Origin: Paraspadella gotoi
Taxonomy: Eukaryota > Animalia > Chaetognatha
Reading direction: 5' to 3'
NCBI GenBank assembly: GCA_051294375.1
Contig: CM119270.1
Location: forward strand, 11,342,141-11,406,140
Length of the DNA: 64,000 nucleotides
Part shown: positions 16,535-31,099 of the stretch, one piece after another
Numbering within the stretch: the first letter of the stretch is position 1
Layout of the letters: every line of letters begins with the position of its first letter
Position numbers and translations under genes: made by a program
The notes under the pieces: model-generated
Seen by the model: only the letters and a program-made list of their open reading frames with translations
Database searches by the model: none
Told to the model about the DNA's origin: nothing

Positions 16535-17033
16535 CTCCTCTCCTTCTGCTCTCTTCTCTCTCTCTCTCTCTCTCTCTCTTCCTTCCGGTATGTAATTTTC
16601 TTTTTCTTCGGGAGATGTATTGGATACTCTCCCTCGATTATTATTTGTCGTGTTTTGTTATTCATATTTTTATTCTTTCTGACTATTGTTTTCAGTTTTA
16701 TTATTAAATAATTCATTGTCCATCAGTAATTCACTCTAATAATTTCTGTATTTATTTACTCATTTATTTATAAATTTTATGAGTTATACTTTTCTAAAAT
16801 ATGATAAAGGAGAATAAAGCCTTATAAGAAAAGAGTTAGCTTGGATTAAAAGGAAAGATAAAGAAAAAAAAAGCGATAGAGAAAAGAGGAGAAAATGGGA
16901 GAGACCGAAGGTAGAAACGACGCAATAAAACTTTTCCCTTTTTGGGGGAATTATCTTTCACCCTTTTCTCTTTGGGCAATGATAGAAAGTAAATAAAGAA
17001 AGGAAGAAAGGAAGAAGAAGAAAGAAAGAAAAA

Positions 17034-17073
<40 letters not shown>

Positions 17074-17430
17074 AATAAAGAAATAAAAAAAGAAAAGATG
17101 GGGAAAATCGTTTTCTAAAGAAAGAAATAAAGAAAGAAACTATGTAGAGCAGCAAGCGGGGAGTTTTGCAAACGGCTTCAAAAGATGAATACTTATCTTG
17201 TTTATGTTTTAATGGAGTTCATTTTCGCGTCTATGGTGCCGCGGTGCCATTGCATCTTTACTGAAGCCAAGTTTTATGATCCCGGTGGAATTTTGGAGCG
17301 CGATCAACATTAGGGGAAGGTGCGGACCGGAAGTGGCTCCCTCTCGGCCGAAGAGGTTTTAAGAATTACAACGACAACATCAAAAAAGTAGGTTATCTCC
17401 TGAAATTATTAACTATACTCTTTTGAGTCG

Positions 17431-17485
<55 letters not shown>

Positions 17486-17842
17486 CTCTTTTCTCTATTA
17501 GTTACCATAGACACTTGACCGCCGGGAATCATGCCAATGAAGAGTCTGAACTTACTTTTTTCTTATCTTCTTTTCTCCTCTTCTCCCAATGACCCATTTC
17601 ATTCGCCCACCTCACCCCCACCTCCACCACCACCCCCACTCATGCTTCGCTAAATCCGTTCCTCCTTCGTTGGTCAAAAATTCTTCCCAATTCGCTGGAA
17701 GCGAAAAAAGGGAAGAAGAAGAAAATAGAGAAAAAGAAGAAAATAAAAAGAAAAAGAAGAAAATAGAAGAAGAAGATTCAGAAGAGGAGCCTTTCGGCGT
17801 TTTTTTTTGTTTTTTTTTTTCGATTAAAGGCGCGGGTTTTGT

Positions 17843-17875
<33 letters not shown>

Positions 17876-19190
17876 AGGGAAAGTCGCGGAGTTGTTAGAA
17901 GTGGCTTGGGCGGTGGGGGCGTCGCGAAGCCCCACCACACCATACTACATAGAAAGGGTCACGGAGGTAACGTGGTCGGATGTAAAACTGATGGTCTGTG
18001 CATCCTGACTCAGAAATCTTTTATGAGTCACTTACACCGACTCATTTCAGAGAAAAGGAAAAGAAAAAAGAAAGAACAACGAACGCGTCGTGAACAATTC
18101 ATTGTTTTCTTCCTAGAAACTATTTCAAAATTCAAGATCAAAAGCGTAAATCAGTCACGTCAAAAGAAAATATTAACCATCTATGGTTAATTGCAAAACA
18201 ACTTTTTTTAAGAGAATAAAGAATAAAGATCAAAATGGCGCCGTTGTAGCGAAGATGGTTCAATCTTTGTTTTTATATTTTAATCGATTTTTTGTGTTCA
18301 ATTTTTTTTTCTAGGCTTCTCTTTTGTTTTTCTTTTTATTATATCAATTTTTTGTCGAGTTCATATCGACATATTTTGTTCTTTCTTTTATCTCTTCGAC
18401 GATGAACTCAATTGATTTTCTCAAAGAAAAATAGAAAAAATAAAAGAAAATAAAGTCTCCTTACATCGCATCTTTGGGAGCTCAACTGATTCGAACAAAT
18501 ACGACGACGACGACGAATACAACGACGAAGACGACGACGAAGTCTTTATACTTTGTGACACGTTGTACCGTAGTGGTCAATAAGAATGACCTGTTCTTAC
18601 CCGAACAGAAATGACTTTTTTTCAGCCAATGTAAATACAGAGTTGTTATTGTTGTTATTTTTATCGTTTTTGCTTTTTACTCTGTTTTTGATAATACATG
18701 TTTTTCTTTTTCACGAAAAACACGCCTCGATTTTTTCTCCAAATTCTCGTTTTGAGTCGCCGCACATCTTACGTTTTTGTCTTTTTTTTCATTTTTTTGG
18801 ATTTTTTTTTCATTCTCCCCTTTTTTTAAAAGAAAATAATCTTCTACGACAATCTGACAGATTTCATTTCATTGGAAGTGAATAAAAATTCCTTGTTTAT
18901 AATAAAACAACTTGACGCTACTTTTTGTTTTAGTCATTTCTTCTCAACGATGCTCCTTTGTTTCCCCACTTCAGCCTCTCCACCATTTTTTCAATTTATC
19001 TCTTAGTGACTTTTATTATCTCCTTTTATTTATCCTTTCTTCTTCTATTCTTCTCCACGATTCTCCCCCCCCCCACACTTCGCCACGCCCCGGCCCCTCG
19101 CTGCTCTCTTTTCCGAAAGTGTCAACTTTTGTTCATTTTTCAAGGAAATTAGTTTTAATTATATATTTTTTTAAATTTATAAAAAAATCC

Positions 19191-19372
19191 ATAACCCTAA
19201 TCTTTAACCATACGCTTACGCTAATCTTAAAGCATTATCCTTAATTTCTAACCATAAATGTTAATCCCTAACCGAAATCACTAAACCTCATCACAAACCA
19301 AATCCCTAACCTTAATCAATTCCCTTATCTCTTAACTAATCATTAACGCTAACCTTTAACCTAATCTTTAAC
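19191..19372. repeat. Degenerate (TAACCC)-like hexamer array (interstitial telomere-like)
   Basis: TAACCC/TAACCT/TAACCA/TAACGC/TAATCT variants recur with ~6-bp periodicity. Confidence 0.55.
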
Positions 19373-20432
19373 AAAAAAAAAAATTTTGAATTTAAGATAA
19401 AATGAGGCGTTCTGGGAAAAAAAGGCCGACATGGCTTTAATGAATTTTTTCAGCTTCGGGTTATATTTTTTCCTCCGGATGTTGCGAAAAAACAATTTTT
19501 CTTCTTTTTCTTCTTTTTTCTTAAACTTGTTTTTTCCCCGTTAAAAACAATCCGTCGTCATGAATGAGTTTTTCTGTTTTTCTCCCCGTTGCTCTTTTTT
19601 TTTTGAGCCTCATTCCGGTTTTTTTTTTCGCCGCATGGTGGTGCCATTGTTTCCCGCGGACTTTTTCTCGTTACTCGGAACCGAAAAAAAGTAATGAGAC
19701 GAAAAATATGTGTGACACGACGACAACGACGAGAACGATGACGACGACGACGAAGCATCAGACTACGAAAACAACAACAACAAAATTGCGTCCACGACCA
19801 AGAATACGAGGACGACGGTGACGAAAGCGACAGAGTAAGTTCCTTTAATTTTCTCTTTCTTACATTCTTATTTGAAGGCCTGGGCGCATTTTTTAAACCC
19901 TTTGCTCCTACTATTTTCCCGCCTTAGCACATGCTGTAACGATTCGGCAAAGATTTAAACGTCTCGCTCCTATTTCAACGCCGAGACGCCTATTTCATCG
20001 ACAAGGCGCCGTTTCCTCTCAGATGGCTCTCCTGTTTTATTGACAAGTTGATGAGTCCGGCGCCAAATTGACGACGTTTCCAAGTTTCACCTTAGGTTAA
20101 CTTACCAAAGCCGTTTTGGGAGAGCAGTTGTTCAGACCATTAGGGCGTTAATTTAATAGGGCAATAGGGTGGGTCACCGTTGGTTTATTTTTGAACGAGT
20201 AGTGCGAACATTTGAACGTAGTTTTAGGTTAGCATAAGTTACCCGACTTTTAAAAAAAAATTATTTACGATCCCGAAAAATATTATCAGAAACCAGGAGA
20301 AACTTAGATTTTTTGACCTTGATCCCGTCTGGTCTTCCCCCAAGCGAGTTTTATCTTTCCAAAACGTTTTATCACCTCAGGGTTTTTTCCCTCTTTTCCT
20401 ACTTTTTTTTACGTCTTAACCACATTTTTTTG

Positions 20433-20542
<110 letters not shown>

Positions 20543-21380
20543 CACACGTTACCTTTTAAGTCTCCTTCTTTTTAGCTCTTTTCTTTGTGGCTCCTGGTTT
20601 CATCTTTCTTTTTTTTTTCCTCATTTTTTTCCCTTAGGTTTCATCTTTCCCTTTTCCCCCTCCTGTCGTCGCGGTCGTCCCCTCGTATTTTTTTGTCCTT
20701 TCAAAGTCAAGACAGTTGCAGGTTGTTTACGTTCTTCTCTTTTATTTTCTCCACAAAATTGTTTCCTTTCATTTTCGCCCCCATATTTTTCTTTCTTTTA
20801 TTTCGTCTCTAGAGAATCGATGTTTGACGAATAAGTGAGTTCGTTGTTCTATGACAAAAAAAAAAGAAACTTGATTAATGTTTTCATGGACGTCGTCGCG
20901 AGATTTCTCTTCCTCGTTTATTTGTTACTCCTTTTTATTTAGCTTCTACTATTTGTTATGCCATATTTGTTTTTGGTTTTTACTTGGTATTTTCTTGACA
21001 TTTTTGAACTTTCTTGATTTCCGCGCTTCGTTAAATGTTACTTACAAACGACCATTTTTATTCCCGCTGATTTTTATTTACAAATATTTTTTTCTCCAGT
21101 TCCTCCTGCTCTCTCCTTCTTTTTCCCCCTTCTCTCCATCCTTTCACGCTTTTCCGTATCTTTCAATGTTTATGTCTTTTCACATTTCAAACTTGTCTTT
21201 TATTCTTTTATTCTTTTATTTCTTTTCCCTTCAAAAGTCGAAGTCGTTTCCCTCTTTTTTTCCCCCGAGATAAAGAGACGCGAAGCACAATGGGATGGAA
21301 ACAAATTTTCACTTGATTTCTTCCTTTTTATATTTTCTTTAAAAAAAATGTTCTCCTCTCTCTCTCTCTTCTCTCTCTCT

Positions 21381-21447
<67 letters not shown>

Positions 21448-23132
21448 CCTCCTATCCCTCTGCTCTCTTCCTCCCTTTCCCAATCCCCCCCCCTTCCATA
21501 ATATTTTCCTCTTATTTTGGGCGCCGCTCTTCCTGAGCCAATCCCCCTTTGATATCGGACCCGATGAAGGGAGCAATGACAAGGAAACGGAGGTCTAATT
21601 CTGGCAGCGTTAATGGCGCTTGTTGAGGCCTGAGAAGGACTGGGAGAGTGGCGTGGTAGGAGGTGGTAAAGGTGGTAAGGTGGTAAAGTGGTGGAGGGTC
21701 GGTTCGGGATTAAGGGCGATGGGCGGGCTTTGTCAAAAGCCGAGATGTTCATGAAAATCCGTGGAGACCAACGAAGGTTTCGACTGACCGTTGAAAGAGG
21801 GCGGCAGGGGTGTTGAAGGGCTTGACAGGGGGATGTCGAAGAGGTTTGACGTCGCGCCGAGTTTCCCGGCCTCGAAATTCGAGAGGCAGCGAGAGTAAGC
21901 GAAGAGGAAAAAGGCAAAAACCGAAAATGCGGAATTTGAAAATCAATGGGGAAAGGAGGAAAGAGAGGAAAAACATAATCAGAAGAAAACGACGAATTGA
22001 ATGAGGAGGAAGAGAGAATTTGGAGATAAAAATGTGATATGAGAAATTTGGAATTAGTGTCTCCGGAGATTGATTTAGCTGAATTGATTTTAAGGGCTAA
22101 CAAATTATAAAAAAATATTAGGCTTCTTAAATTAGACGATTTAAAAGAAATAAACTGTCACTGGGATTTAAACCAAAGAGTATAATGTATTGGTTCATTC
22201 ATTAACTGACTATACTTTAATGTAAAGACAGATGTAACGCATTATTGTCTTCCCATATTATTGATGTACACAAACTATTGATGTACTTTAACAATCCATA
22301 AACTTCGACGATAACGCTGGCAGAGAAATAGGTTGACAGGAGAAAAAGAAAAAAAATCGAATCGACTTTTTTCGAAGATAAAAATGGAAAAACAATCGAG
22401 GAAGACGACGACGACGACGACGACGACAACAAAGCCGATTAACGCGGGAAACGGGAAGATTGTGAAAAGGTTGTACTTAGGAAGACGACCACCAGGGGGC
22501 TGTGTATCTGAGTTATGATCAAAATATATTTCCAAATTGAAAACGTCAAATTTAAAAAACTTTTTTTAAAATTTTGCGAGAATATTAAATATTAAATTAA
22601 TTTTCAGTTTTGATGTGCTTTGCCGTTTCTCTTTTAAAACTAAATAAAAAAAGAAAATCTTGGTTCCTTAGAGATTAACGTAGACTCCTTGCCACTTAGC
22701 CCGCCCCTGCCCCCACCTCCAACCCACCACCCTCGTCCCAACACCATCTCCACTCAGCCCCATCCTCCAGCTCTCCCAGCCTCAGGTGGTGTCCGCGGCC
22801 TTCTTCGCCTAATCCAGTTCATTACCGCCACTTTAGTTCGTACAAACTCTTATCTAAGCGAACGAGAACGGGATCGCAGGCGGCGTCCACCTGGAAGACG
22901 ACAGAAAGGACGCGGGGGGGGGAAGATTGAAAGACGAAAGGCAGTTATTAAAACGAACTAAGTGAGGTCTGACTTTATTATTTTTATGTAATAATAGCTT
23001 TTATGATTACTCGCTTGTCAGGGAATAAAGGTCTGGAGCCTTGAAAGCATTTCCACTGAGAAGTGAGTTGTTCGCCAAGGTCCGTATTTTTTTGCACTGT
23101 CCTCTTATTATCAAAAACTTCTAGTGTACATA

Positions 23133-23561
23133 CACGGATTTCAAATGGGAGTGAAATGAAAATATTTGTTATTACTCTTAACTGACTCAATATGATTAAT
23201 ATTTGATCATTTCATTAATTAGAAAATTCTCTGACGTGCGCTTGCCTTCCAGCAACTCTTTTGCAACATTTTTTTCCCTCTTATTTGATATATATTTTAC
23301 ACTCATTGTGAAAAAAAATTGAACCGAATATTTTAATTTTTTAATATATATAATATATTAGTTAGTATAATGTCTTGGGAGCATTTCCTACCATCACAAG
23401 ATCCTTTGACGCCATTGATGAGCACATAATTAAGAAAGTAAGCAAGCTGGACTACTGGGATTTGAAAAATAAAAAAACGTCAGCGATTTTTATACAAAAT
23501 CTGAATAAATCTTTAGCCACAGTATTTGATCTTTTCATTTCACTCTCATTTGAAATCCGTG
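23133..23561. mobile_element. MITE, ~430 bp, with 30-bp terminal inverted repeats (possibly Tc1/mariner-type, TA target)
   Basis: CACGGATTTCAAATGGGAGTGAAATGAAAA (23133-23162) vs TTTTCATTTCACTCTCATTTGAAATCCGTG (23532-23561) are 29/30 complementary. The left flank is TA and the right flank TT; the interior is AT-rich and non-coding. Confidence 0.75.
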
Positions 23562-24752
23562 TTCAATCATATTACAATCACCCCACTGCCCCCTCGTTTG
23601 ACCCCCAAACTCTTTGCCCCTCACCCCATTGCCTTCTGTTTTTGTTGGTGTAAACAAAAACCCCGGCAATTCATCTCCCCATCAATTTGAGTTTTTGTTT
23701 TCCCGGGATTGTGGAGCCTCAGATTTCAGATAGTTGTGTTGTGCTACCTAAAAAAGCAAGCAGTATGTAAGCTTGGTGGAACATCGAATCATGAAACTCG
23801 TTTTTTAAAGAAACAAACAAACAAACAAACAAACATAAAATAAAAGAACACTGAACCAATCGACCGTGACTAATTCCTGAGTGAAGGAAAGGTGACGAGA
23901 CCGAAAGCCTTCGTCCGTTTTCGGTTCATTGCATATCCGAATAGTGATATATGTGATATATGTGGGCACAGAGGAGGTCGCATACATAAACGCGTGAATC
24001 GAAACAATGCGATTATATATAGAGTTTATTAAGAGACAAGGAAGCGAAGGGGAAACGATTTTAGCCCAAGGAGGACAAAGGTGAGGAGTTCGGAAGAAGA
24101 ATCGGAGTGAAAGGGAGGAAGAGGAGGAAAGAAAAGTGGAATGAAGAAAAGGAGTAAAGAACGAGAAGAAAATGGTGCGGATAAAAAGGGTAAGAAAACA
24201 AATGTACCTAGGAGGTAAAAAGAATAGAAAAGAAAAGGAAGAAAATGAAGAAGAAAAAAAACTAGGAAATAAGAAAGGAGGAGGAATAAAAAAGAAAACA
24301 AGTGGAAAAAATATGAAAGAGAGAAGAAAAAATAGAGAAAGAGGAAATGGAAAGTAGAAAACGGACAGAGAAAGCTGGGCTCGAAAGGGGATAATGGAGA
24401 ATGGAGAATGGAGAATCCATCCTCGTTTTCGCTTCATCCGCGAGGCTATCGTTTNNNNNNNNNNNNNNNNNNNNNNNNNNNNNNNNNNNNNNNNNNNNNN
24501 NNNNNNNNNNNNNNNNNNNNNNNNNNNNNNNNNNNNNNNNNNNNNNNNNNNNNNNNNNNNNNNNNNNNNNNNNNNNNNNNNNNNNNNNNNNNNNNNNNNN
24601 NNNNNNNNNNNNNNNNNNNNNNNNNNNNNNNNNNNNNNNNNCCGGGTCCGGTCCGACCCCCGCCGACCCATGGGGCGCCGAAAACGACGCCTTTATGAGG
24701 CGCCCGGGGTCAGGTGACGGCGCCTGAATAACGTGACTCGATGTTGATGGTG

Positions 24753-24783
<31 letters not shown>

Positions 24784-27700
24784 GGCGGCGGCGGCGGAAA
24801 CGATGGCGTCGAAGGCGATGGAAATGATGACTTTCAGTGAATGGGAAAAAGGAAGAAAGAAATTGAAATTAGCAAACGACCAGTTATTGATTTTACGATG
24901 AAAGAAACAGTTTTAAATAGTTTTGAAGCGTCGGAGATAATTGTTTTTAACGATTCTGCCCGTCATCCCGCTCCTACTGCCTTCTTTACCGCTCCACCTG
25001 CTCCCGCCACCTTACCTTATGTCCCATTGCGCCCTCTTCCAACCAGGACGAAACCGACCGAGCCGCTAATTGGAGTCACGAATAAGTGATTCGTGAGAAA
25101 GCGTGAAAAGTGAGATCGCGTCGGGGAAGAAATTCTCTCGCGACGACGAATCGTAACTCGAACGTAAACTGAAAGTGGGCGTGATGGAGGAATGAGGAGT
25201 GGAGGAAATGGAGGAGGAAAGAAGGAAAGAAGGGAGGGAAGGAGGAAAGAAGGGGAAAATAGAAGAAAACCAAAAGTATAGTTGGGGAGGAATAGAGGAA
25301 AAGAAGGCAATATAGGAAATATAAATAATAAAATAGAAGGGAAGAAAAGGAAAGAACGAGGAGAGGATAGAAAGAATAGGAGAGGAAAAAAGAAGGGAAA
25401 AATGAGAAAAGAGGGGAAGAAAGAGAAGAAAGGAGGAAAGGAGAGAAGAAGGAGACGCGGAGGGGAGGAAATAAGAAAAAGGAAATACGTAACTGGCGAG
25501 AGCGAACTTNNNNNNNNNNNNNNNNNNNNNNNNNNNNNNNNNNNNNNNNNNNNNNNNNNNNNNNNNNNNNNNNNNNNNNNNNNNNNNNNNNNNNNNNNNN
25601 NNNNNNNNNNNNNNNNNNNNNNNNNNNNNNNNNNNNNNNNNNNNNNNNNNNNNNNNNNNNNNNNNNNNNNNNNNNNNNNNNNNNNNNNNNNNNNNNNNNN
25701 NNNNNNNNNNNNNNNNNNNNNNNNNNNNNNNNNNNNNNNNNNNNNNNNNNNNNNNNNNNNNNNNNNNNNNNNNNNNNNNNNNNNNNNNNNNNNNNNNNNN
25801 NNNNNNNNNNNNNNNNNNNNNNNNNNNNNNNNNNNNNNNNNNNNAGAGATAGATAGAGAGAGAATAAAGCGTCTGTTGGCGAGTCGTTTTCGCTCGTTTG
25901 CGTCTTTTTTCAGGTCAAAGGTCGATGGTCGGGGATTTTTTGGCGCNNNNNNNNNNNNNNNNNNNNNNNNNNNNNNNNNNNNNNNNNNNNNNNNNNNNNN
26001 NNNNNNNNNNNNNNNNNNNNNNNNNNNNNNNNNNNNNNNNNNNNNNNNNNNNNNNNNNNNNNNNNNNNNNNNNNNNNNNNNNNNNNNNNNNNNNNNNNNN
26101 NNNNNNNNNNNNNNNNNNNNNNNNNNNNNNNNNNNNNNNNNNNNNNNNNNNNNNNNCCCCTCCGTCAGCCATTAATGCCCTCGCGGTCCCGATCGGCCAT
26201 CAAGAATGTCTCAGTTAAACGTCATCATGATAGCCACGTTGGACGCTGTCGCCGTGACCTTTAGGCAGTTTCTGCATGGGCACAGCAGAAACAGCGGAAA
26301 CATCGGAAACAGCAACAACAGCTGCCCTCAGTCGAGGTTTTCTTGCTTAGGTTGTGGACTTAACTTTTTATATTTAACCAGTTCTGCGACCATCATCTCA
26401 GTGATACTCCAGTTTGGTTGTAATTAATAAAAAGTAATAGTTGATGAAATCCCGACATGAAACTTGAAATATACGAAACAGTCGAGGATGGATTAACTTT
26501 TGCATTTTTATTGAGACTGTTTTGTCTCTTTCTCATTCGCTCAATACATCTACAAGATCAATGTTCAATTCAAATTCTGATTTCTTTCATCCACACTACT
26601 TTTTCAATGTACAACATAAAGGTCCCAGCCACATTTTACCGCTGCATCCTCACGTATCTACCGCTGCCGCGTCGACACCGCTACCGCCCCCTCAGCGCCG
26701 CCCTCGACCGCCAGCGACGCCCGTCCGAGCTTCGTCAAAAACGTTCGCCGGGATTACGGCGGCTTAAACCGGAAAACGCGTTTCTGAACGGAAAAGATTT
26801 GCATTTAGATTGTCCCCCCTCTGTCNNNNNNNNNNNNNNNNNNNNNNNNNNNNNNNNNNNNNNNNNNNNNNNNNNNNNNNNNNNNNNNNNNNNNNNNNNN
26901 NNNNNNNNNNNNNNNNNNNNNNNNNNNNNNNNNNNNNNNNNNNNNNNNNNNNNNNNNNNNNNNNNNNNNNNNNNNNNNNNNNNNNNNNNNNNNNNNNNNN
27001 NNNNNNNNNNNNNNNNNNNNNNNNNNNNNNNNNNNNNNNNNNNNNNNNNNNNNNNNNNNNNNNNNNNNNNNNNNNNNNNNNNNNNNNNNNNNNNNNNNNN
27101 NNNNNNNNNNNNNNNNNNNNNNNNNNNNNNNNNNNNNNNNNNNNNNNNNNNNNNNNNNNNNNNNNNNNNNNNNNNNNNNNNNNNNNNNNNNNNNNNNNNN
27201 NNNNNNNNNNNNNNNNNNNNNNNNNNNNNNNNNNNNNNNNNNNNNNNNNNNNNNNNNNNNNNNNNNNNNNNNNNNNNNNNNNNNNNNNNNNNNNNNNNNN
27301 NNNNNNNNNNNNNNNNNNNNNNNNNNNNNNNNNNNNNNNNNNNNNNNNNNNNNNNNNNNNNNNNNNNNNNNNNNNNNNNNNNNNNNNNNNNNNNNNNNNN
27401 NNNNNNNNNNNNNNNNNNNNNNNNNNNNNNNNNNNNNNNNNNNNNNNNNNNNNNNNNNNNNNNNNNNNNNNNNNNNNNNNNNNNNNNNNNNNNNNNNNNN
27501 NNNNNNNNNNNNNNNNNNNNNNNNNNNNNNNNNNNNNNNNNNNNNNNNNNNNNNNNNNNNNNNNNNNNNNNNNNNNNNNNNNNNNNNNNNNNNNNNNNNN
27601 NNNNNNNNNNNNNNNNNNNNNNNNNNNNNNNNNNNNNNNNNNNNNNNNNNNNNNNNNNNNNNNNNNNNNNNNNNNNNNNNNNNNNNNNNNNNNNNNNNNN

Positions 27701-30535
27701 NNNNNNNNNNNNNNNNNNNNNNNNAAAGCAAGTTGATTCAAAAACATTTAAACAAAAATTCAGTTTTGATTTGAACTCGAATCAAATCCCTATTTCGATA
27801 TTTTTTATTATCGAAAAGTCGTTAAAAATAATATGCGGTGGATCAGGAGAAAAAAAAGTGAGACTTCCTTCCACCAAATTCACGGCAGGTTCGATCTTCA
27901 GAAATTTCCCGCCCGCCCAATATATTTCTCGATCTCACACCTTCGTTGCTCCCATCCACCCCTTGACTTTTTTTTACCTTCTTTAAAATTAAGTTTTTAA
28001 TCTTTCTCCTCACTTTTTCCTCCTGATGCTTCATTTTGTACATTCACCCCGGTCGTTTCAATTCTTGCCGACCGAATCGCATCGAAATTTTTATTTCTCG
28101 ACCCAAAGCCCCTCGGCCCATCCCACTTCCCGATAATTACCCACCAAATTAAATGAACGAAACATGTTCATCCGACCGGCCCACAACTCCGCCATTTACA
28201 TTTTGTATTTAATCGAACTTTTTAAAGCCAAGCACCAGAATCCCCTTCCCCCGCCCCATTTCTCTCTCTCTCTCCCTCTTCCCCCTTTCTCCCGCCAAAG
28301 TTATTTTTTCAATTTTCTTTCTCGAAAAGTGGTTAGCGTGTTTTTCCTTGACCCCCGACGCCATGGAACGAGCTCAAGGGCTAAAAAAGGATTCCCTAAA
28401 AAAAAAATCCGTGAAAAAAGAGTTGAAGAGATTTGGACATGGAAATTTAGTGGAAGGCGAGAGTGAAAGAGCAAGCTGACACCAGTAGAGATTGTTTTAT
28501 TTGAGGAATTTAAATATTAAAATTTGTTTACCAAGGGAATTTTATCTTGGTTTATGTGCTGAATAAGAACTTAACTTAACTTAACTTAACTTACTTGGTA
28601 TTAGCGACCTTTGTTAATGAAATTTTAAAGAATCTTTTACAAATTTGTAACTAAACAAATCTCATGAAGCCCATGCGGCGATCTCGTAGGAATTAAAGGA
28701 CGAAGGGTTACGTCGTGAAATATATAGATTTTCTGTCGTCCTCTTCATCGTTGTCGTAGTCGCCGACTCGTCGTCGTCAACGTCCTCAACGTTATCGTCG
28801 TTCTCATCGTCGCAGTTTTCCTCGGGATTTTCTTTCTTCATTAAATTTCTCATTATTCCTCCTCTTAATCTTCATCTTTGCCTCCCAAGTTTCGATGATA
28901 AGCGAAGCACGATGAGGATTTATCGATTACCAAACGTGAATAATTTTTCAAGACAGTTTGAGAACCAAACTGGGAATTTCGGTGTTTTTTATTCTTGAAT
29001 GGTTTTGTTTCTTATTCCCCATGACGCGTTTCGGTTTTAGTTGAGATTTTTAAGGAGCGTCTTGTTCAAAAATTGCTTTTTCACCTGGAAACAACTCTCT
29101 CTCTCTCTGTCATTGCCTCCCTCCCCCTTTAACTTACTCATTCCGTTTCTCTCGCCTTTCCACCCTTCCATCTACTTTCACGCCCACAGCAAGCCCGTAC
29201 CTCCAATCCCATTCTTCACCCCAGAATCTAATTTGCATATTCGGGTCGTTCCTTCCGTCGCCGGATTTTAAGTCGAATCTCGAAGAATCTCTCTGCGCAA
29301 AGAAAATTCCGCCTCCAAGTATCGAAGACGAGATTATTGCCGTCGAAAGGGAAAAAGGAGGGGGGGGGAATTCGAATCTTATCTTCTGTTGAAGAGTTTA
29401 AAAGGTTTCTGGCTCGGGGATTTTATCTTTAGTTGAAGACTTTTAAAAAAATCTAAAGGGCATTGATGTTAAGTTGTCATAAACGGATTGGTTTGTTTTA
29501 GCTAGAAAGCTTTGCTCATTTAATATTTTGGAATTATTAGGTTGAATAGTAAAGTGATATTTTTATATACAAAGCTTAAACAAGCTTTAAATATAGAATT
29601 TTTTTTGTGAATACCTAGTCTTTCATTAAAAGTTAATTTTGAGTTAGAACATAGAAATAATATTTAATGGCGTGACTAATATCTCTTAGATTGTATCGTT
29701 CCTTAAAGATATAAAAAGTTTTAAGGGCGAGGATCTGTACATTAGCTAAAGAATGAAAGAGTTTGAGGTGGTGATGTCATCTCTTTTGTCGAGGAAAAGA
29801 GGAAAAGCTTCCAGGCAATGGGACGTCATCTATTGTTAAAGGAAGAATGTTTAGACACAGGGAAGGAAGAGGATTGGCTTGTGTGTTCAGCCTTTATTTC
29901 TCTGGGGTTTTGCGGGAGAGCTCCCCTTTGGATATCAATGCTACGCTATCTGATCTGCTTTCGTTTGCTTTCCTTTTAAATTTTTAAACGGTCGAAGTTT
30001 ACTATATATATTGTAAAGAATTACATTTTCTTCAATCCGTTTTTTTATTCCCTTCACTGTTTCAATAACTTCTTTCTCTTTCTTTCTACGCTTTTATTCC
30101 TTTCCTTCCCTTTCTTTCCATTTCTTTCCCCATCCCAGCATCAAACCCCACTTCCTCTTTTCCTCGCCAAAAAAAAATTCCTCATTATCTTTCTTATCTT
30201 TTTGGAGAAAAACATTTTTTTTCCTTCAAAATTCTCATCAGGAAACGAAAAGAAAGAAAAAAAGAAGAAAACCCGGAAAAAGAAAATTCATATTCTTCGG
30301 GTTTTTTTAAAGAAAATGTCTGCCTCCGGGGTTTTTTGGGAGAGGGAAGCAACTTCCCTCGATACGCGATACAACGAGAGAGAGAGACAGAGAGGGAGAG
30401 GGAGAGTTAGAGAGGGAGAGAGAAAGCTTTCAAATTAAACAGTAAACACATTTTGTTTCTGCACTTTCGTTTTCAATGAGAAGGTGAGAAGGGAATACTA
30501 ATTAATAACGAAAAAGAAGTCCTGGTACTAATGTG

Positions 30536-30657
<122 letters not shown>

Positions 30658-31045
30658 CCAGACGGTAATGAGGATGCTCCTGCGAAGAATTTCGCCCCAT
30701 GAAGGAGCGAAGGGAATTTCGACTTCGATAAGATTAGAATTATTGGTGGGAGGGTTGAGACTTGAGTAAATAAGTGGATGAATGGATGAGCGAATGAGTG
30801 GTTGAGCTGAATAGATGATTGGTTATGGTCTAAAGTTAAAGTGGTAAGTCGAGTACTAATATTATTATCTCGAACGATGTCGTTATTAACAAAAACCGAC
30901 TAAAACAAAAACTACACAGAAAGACACAATCGATAATTGAACTTTTTTTTTCGCCCCACACTTTGACTACAGAGAAACACCGAGAGAGAGAGACACTTAA
31001 AATAAGAGGCATTAGGGAGAGCTACGATAGAGAGAGAGAGACGAG

Positions 31046-31099
<54 letters not shown>

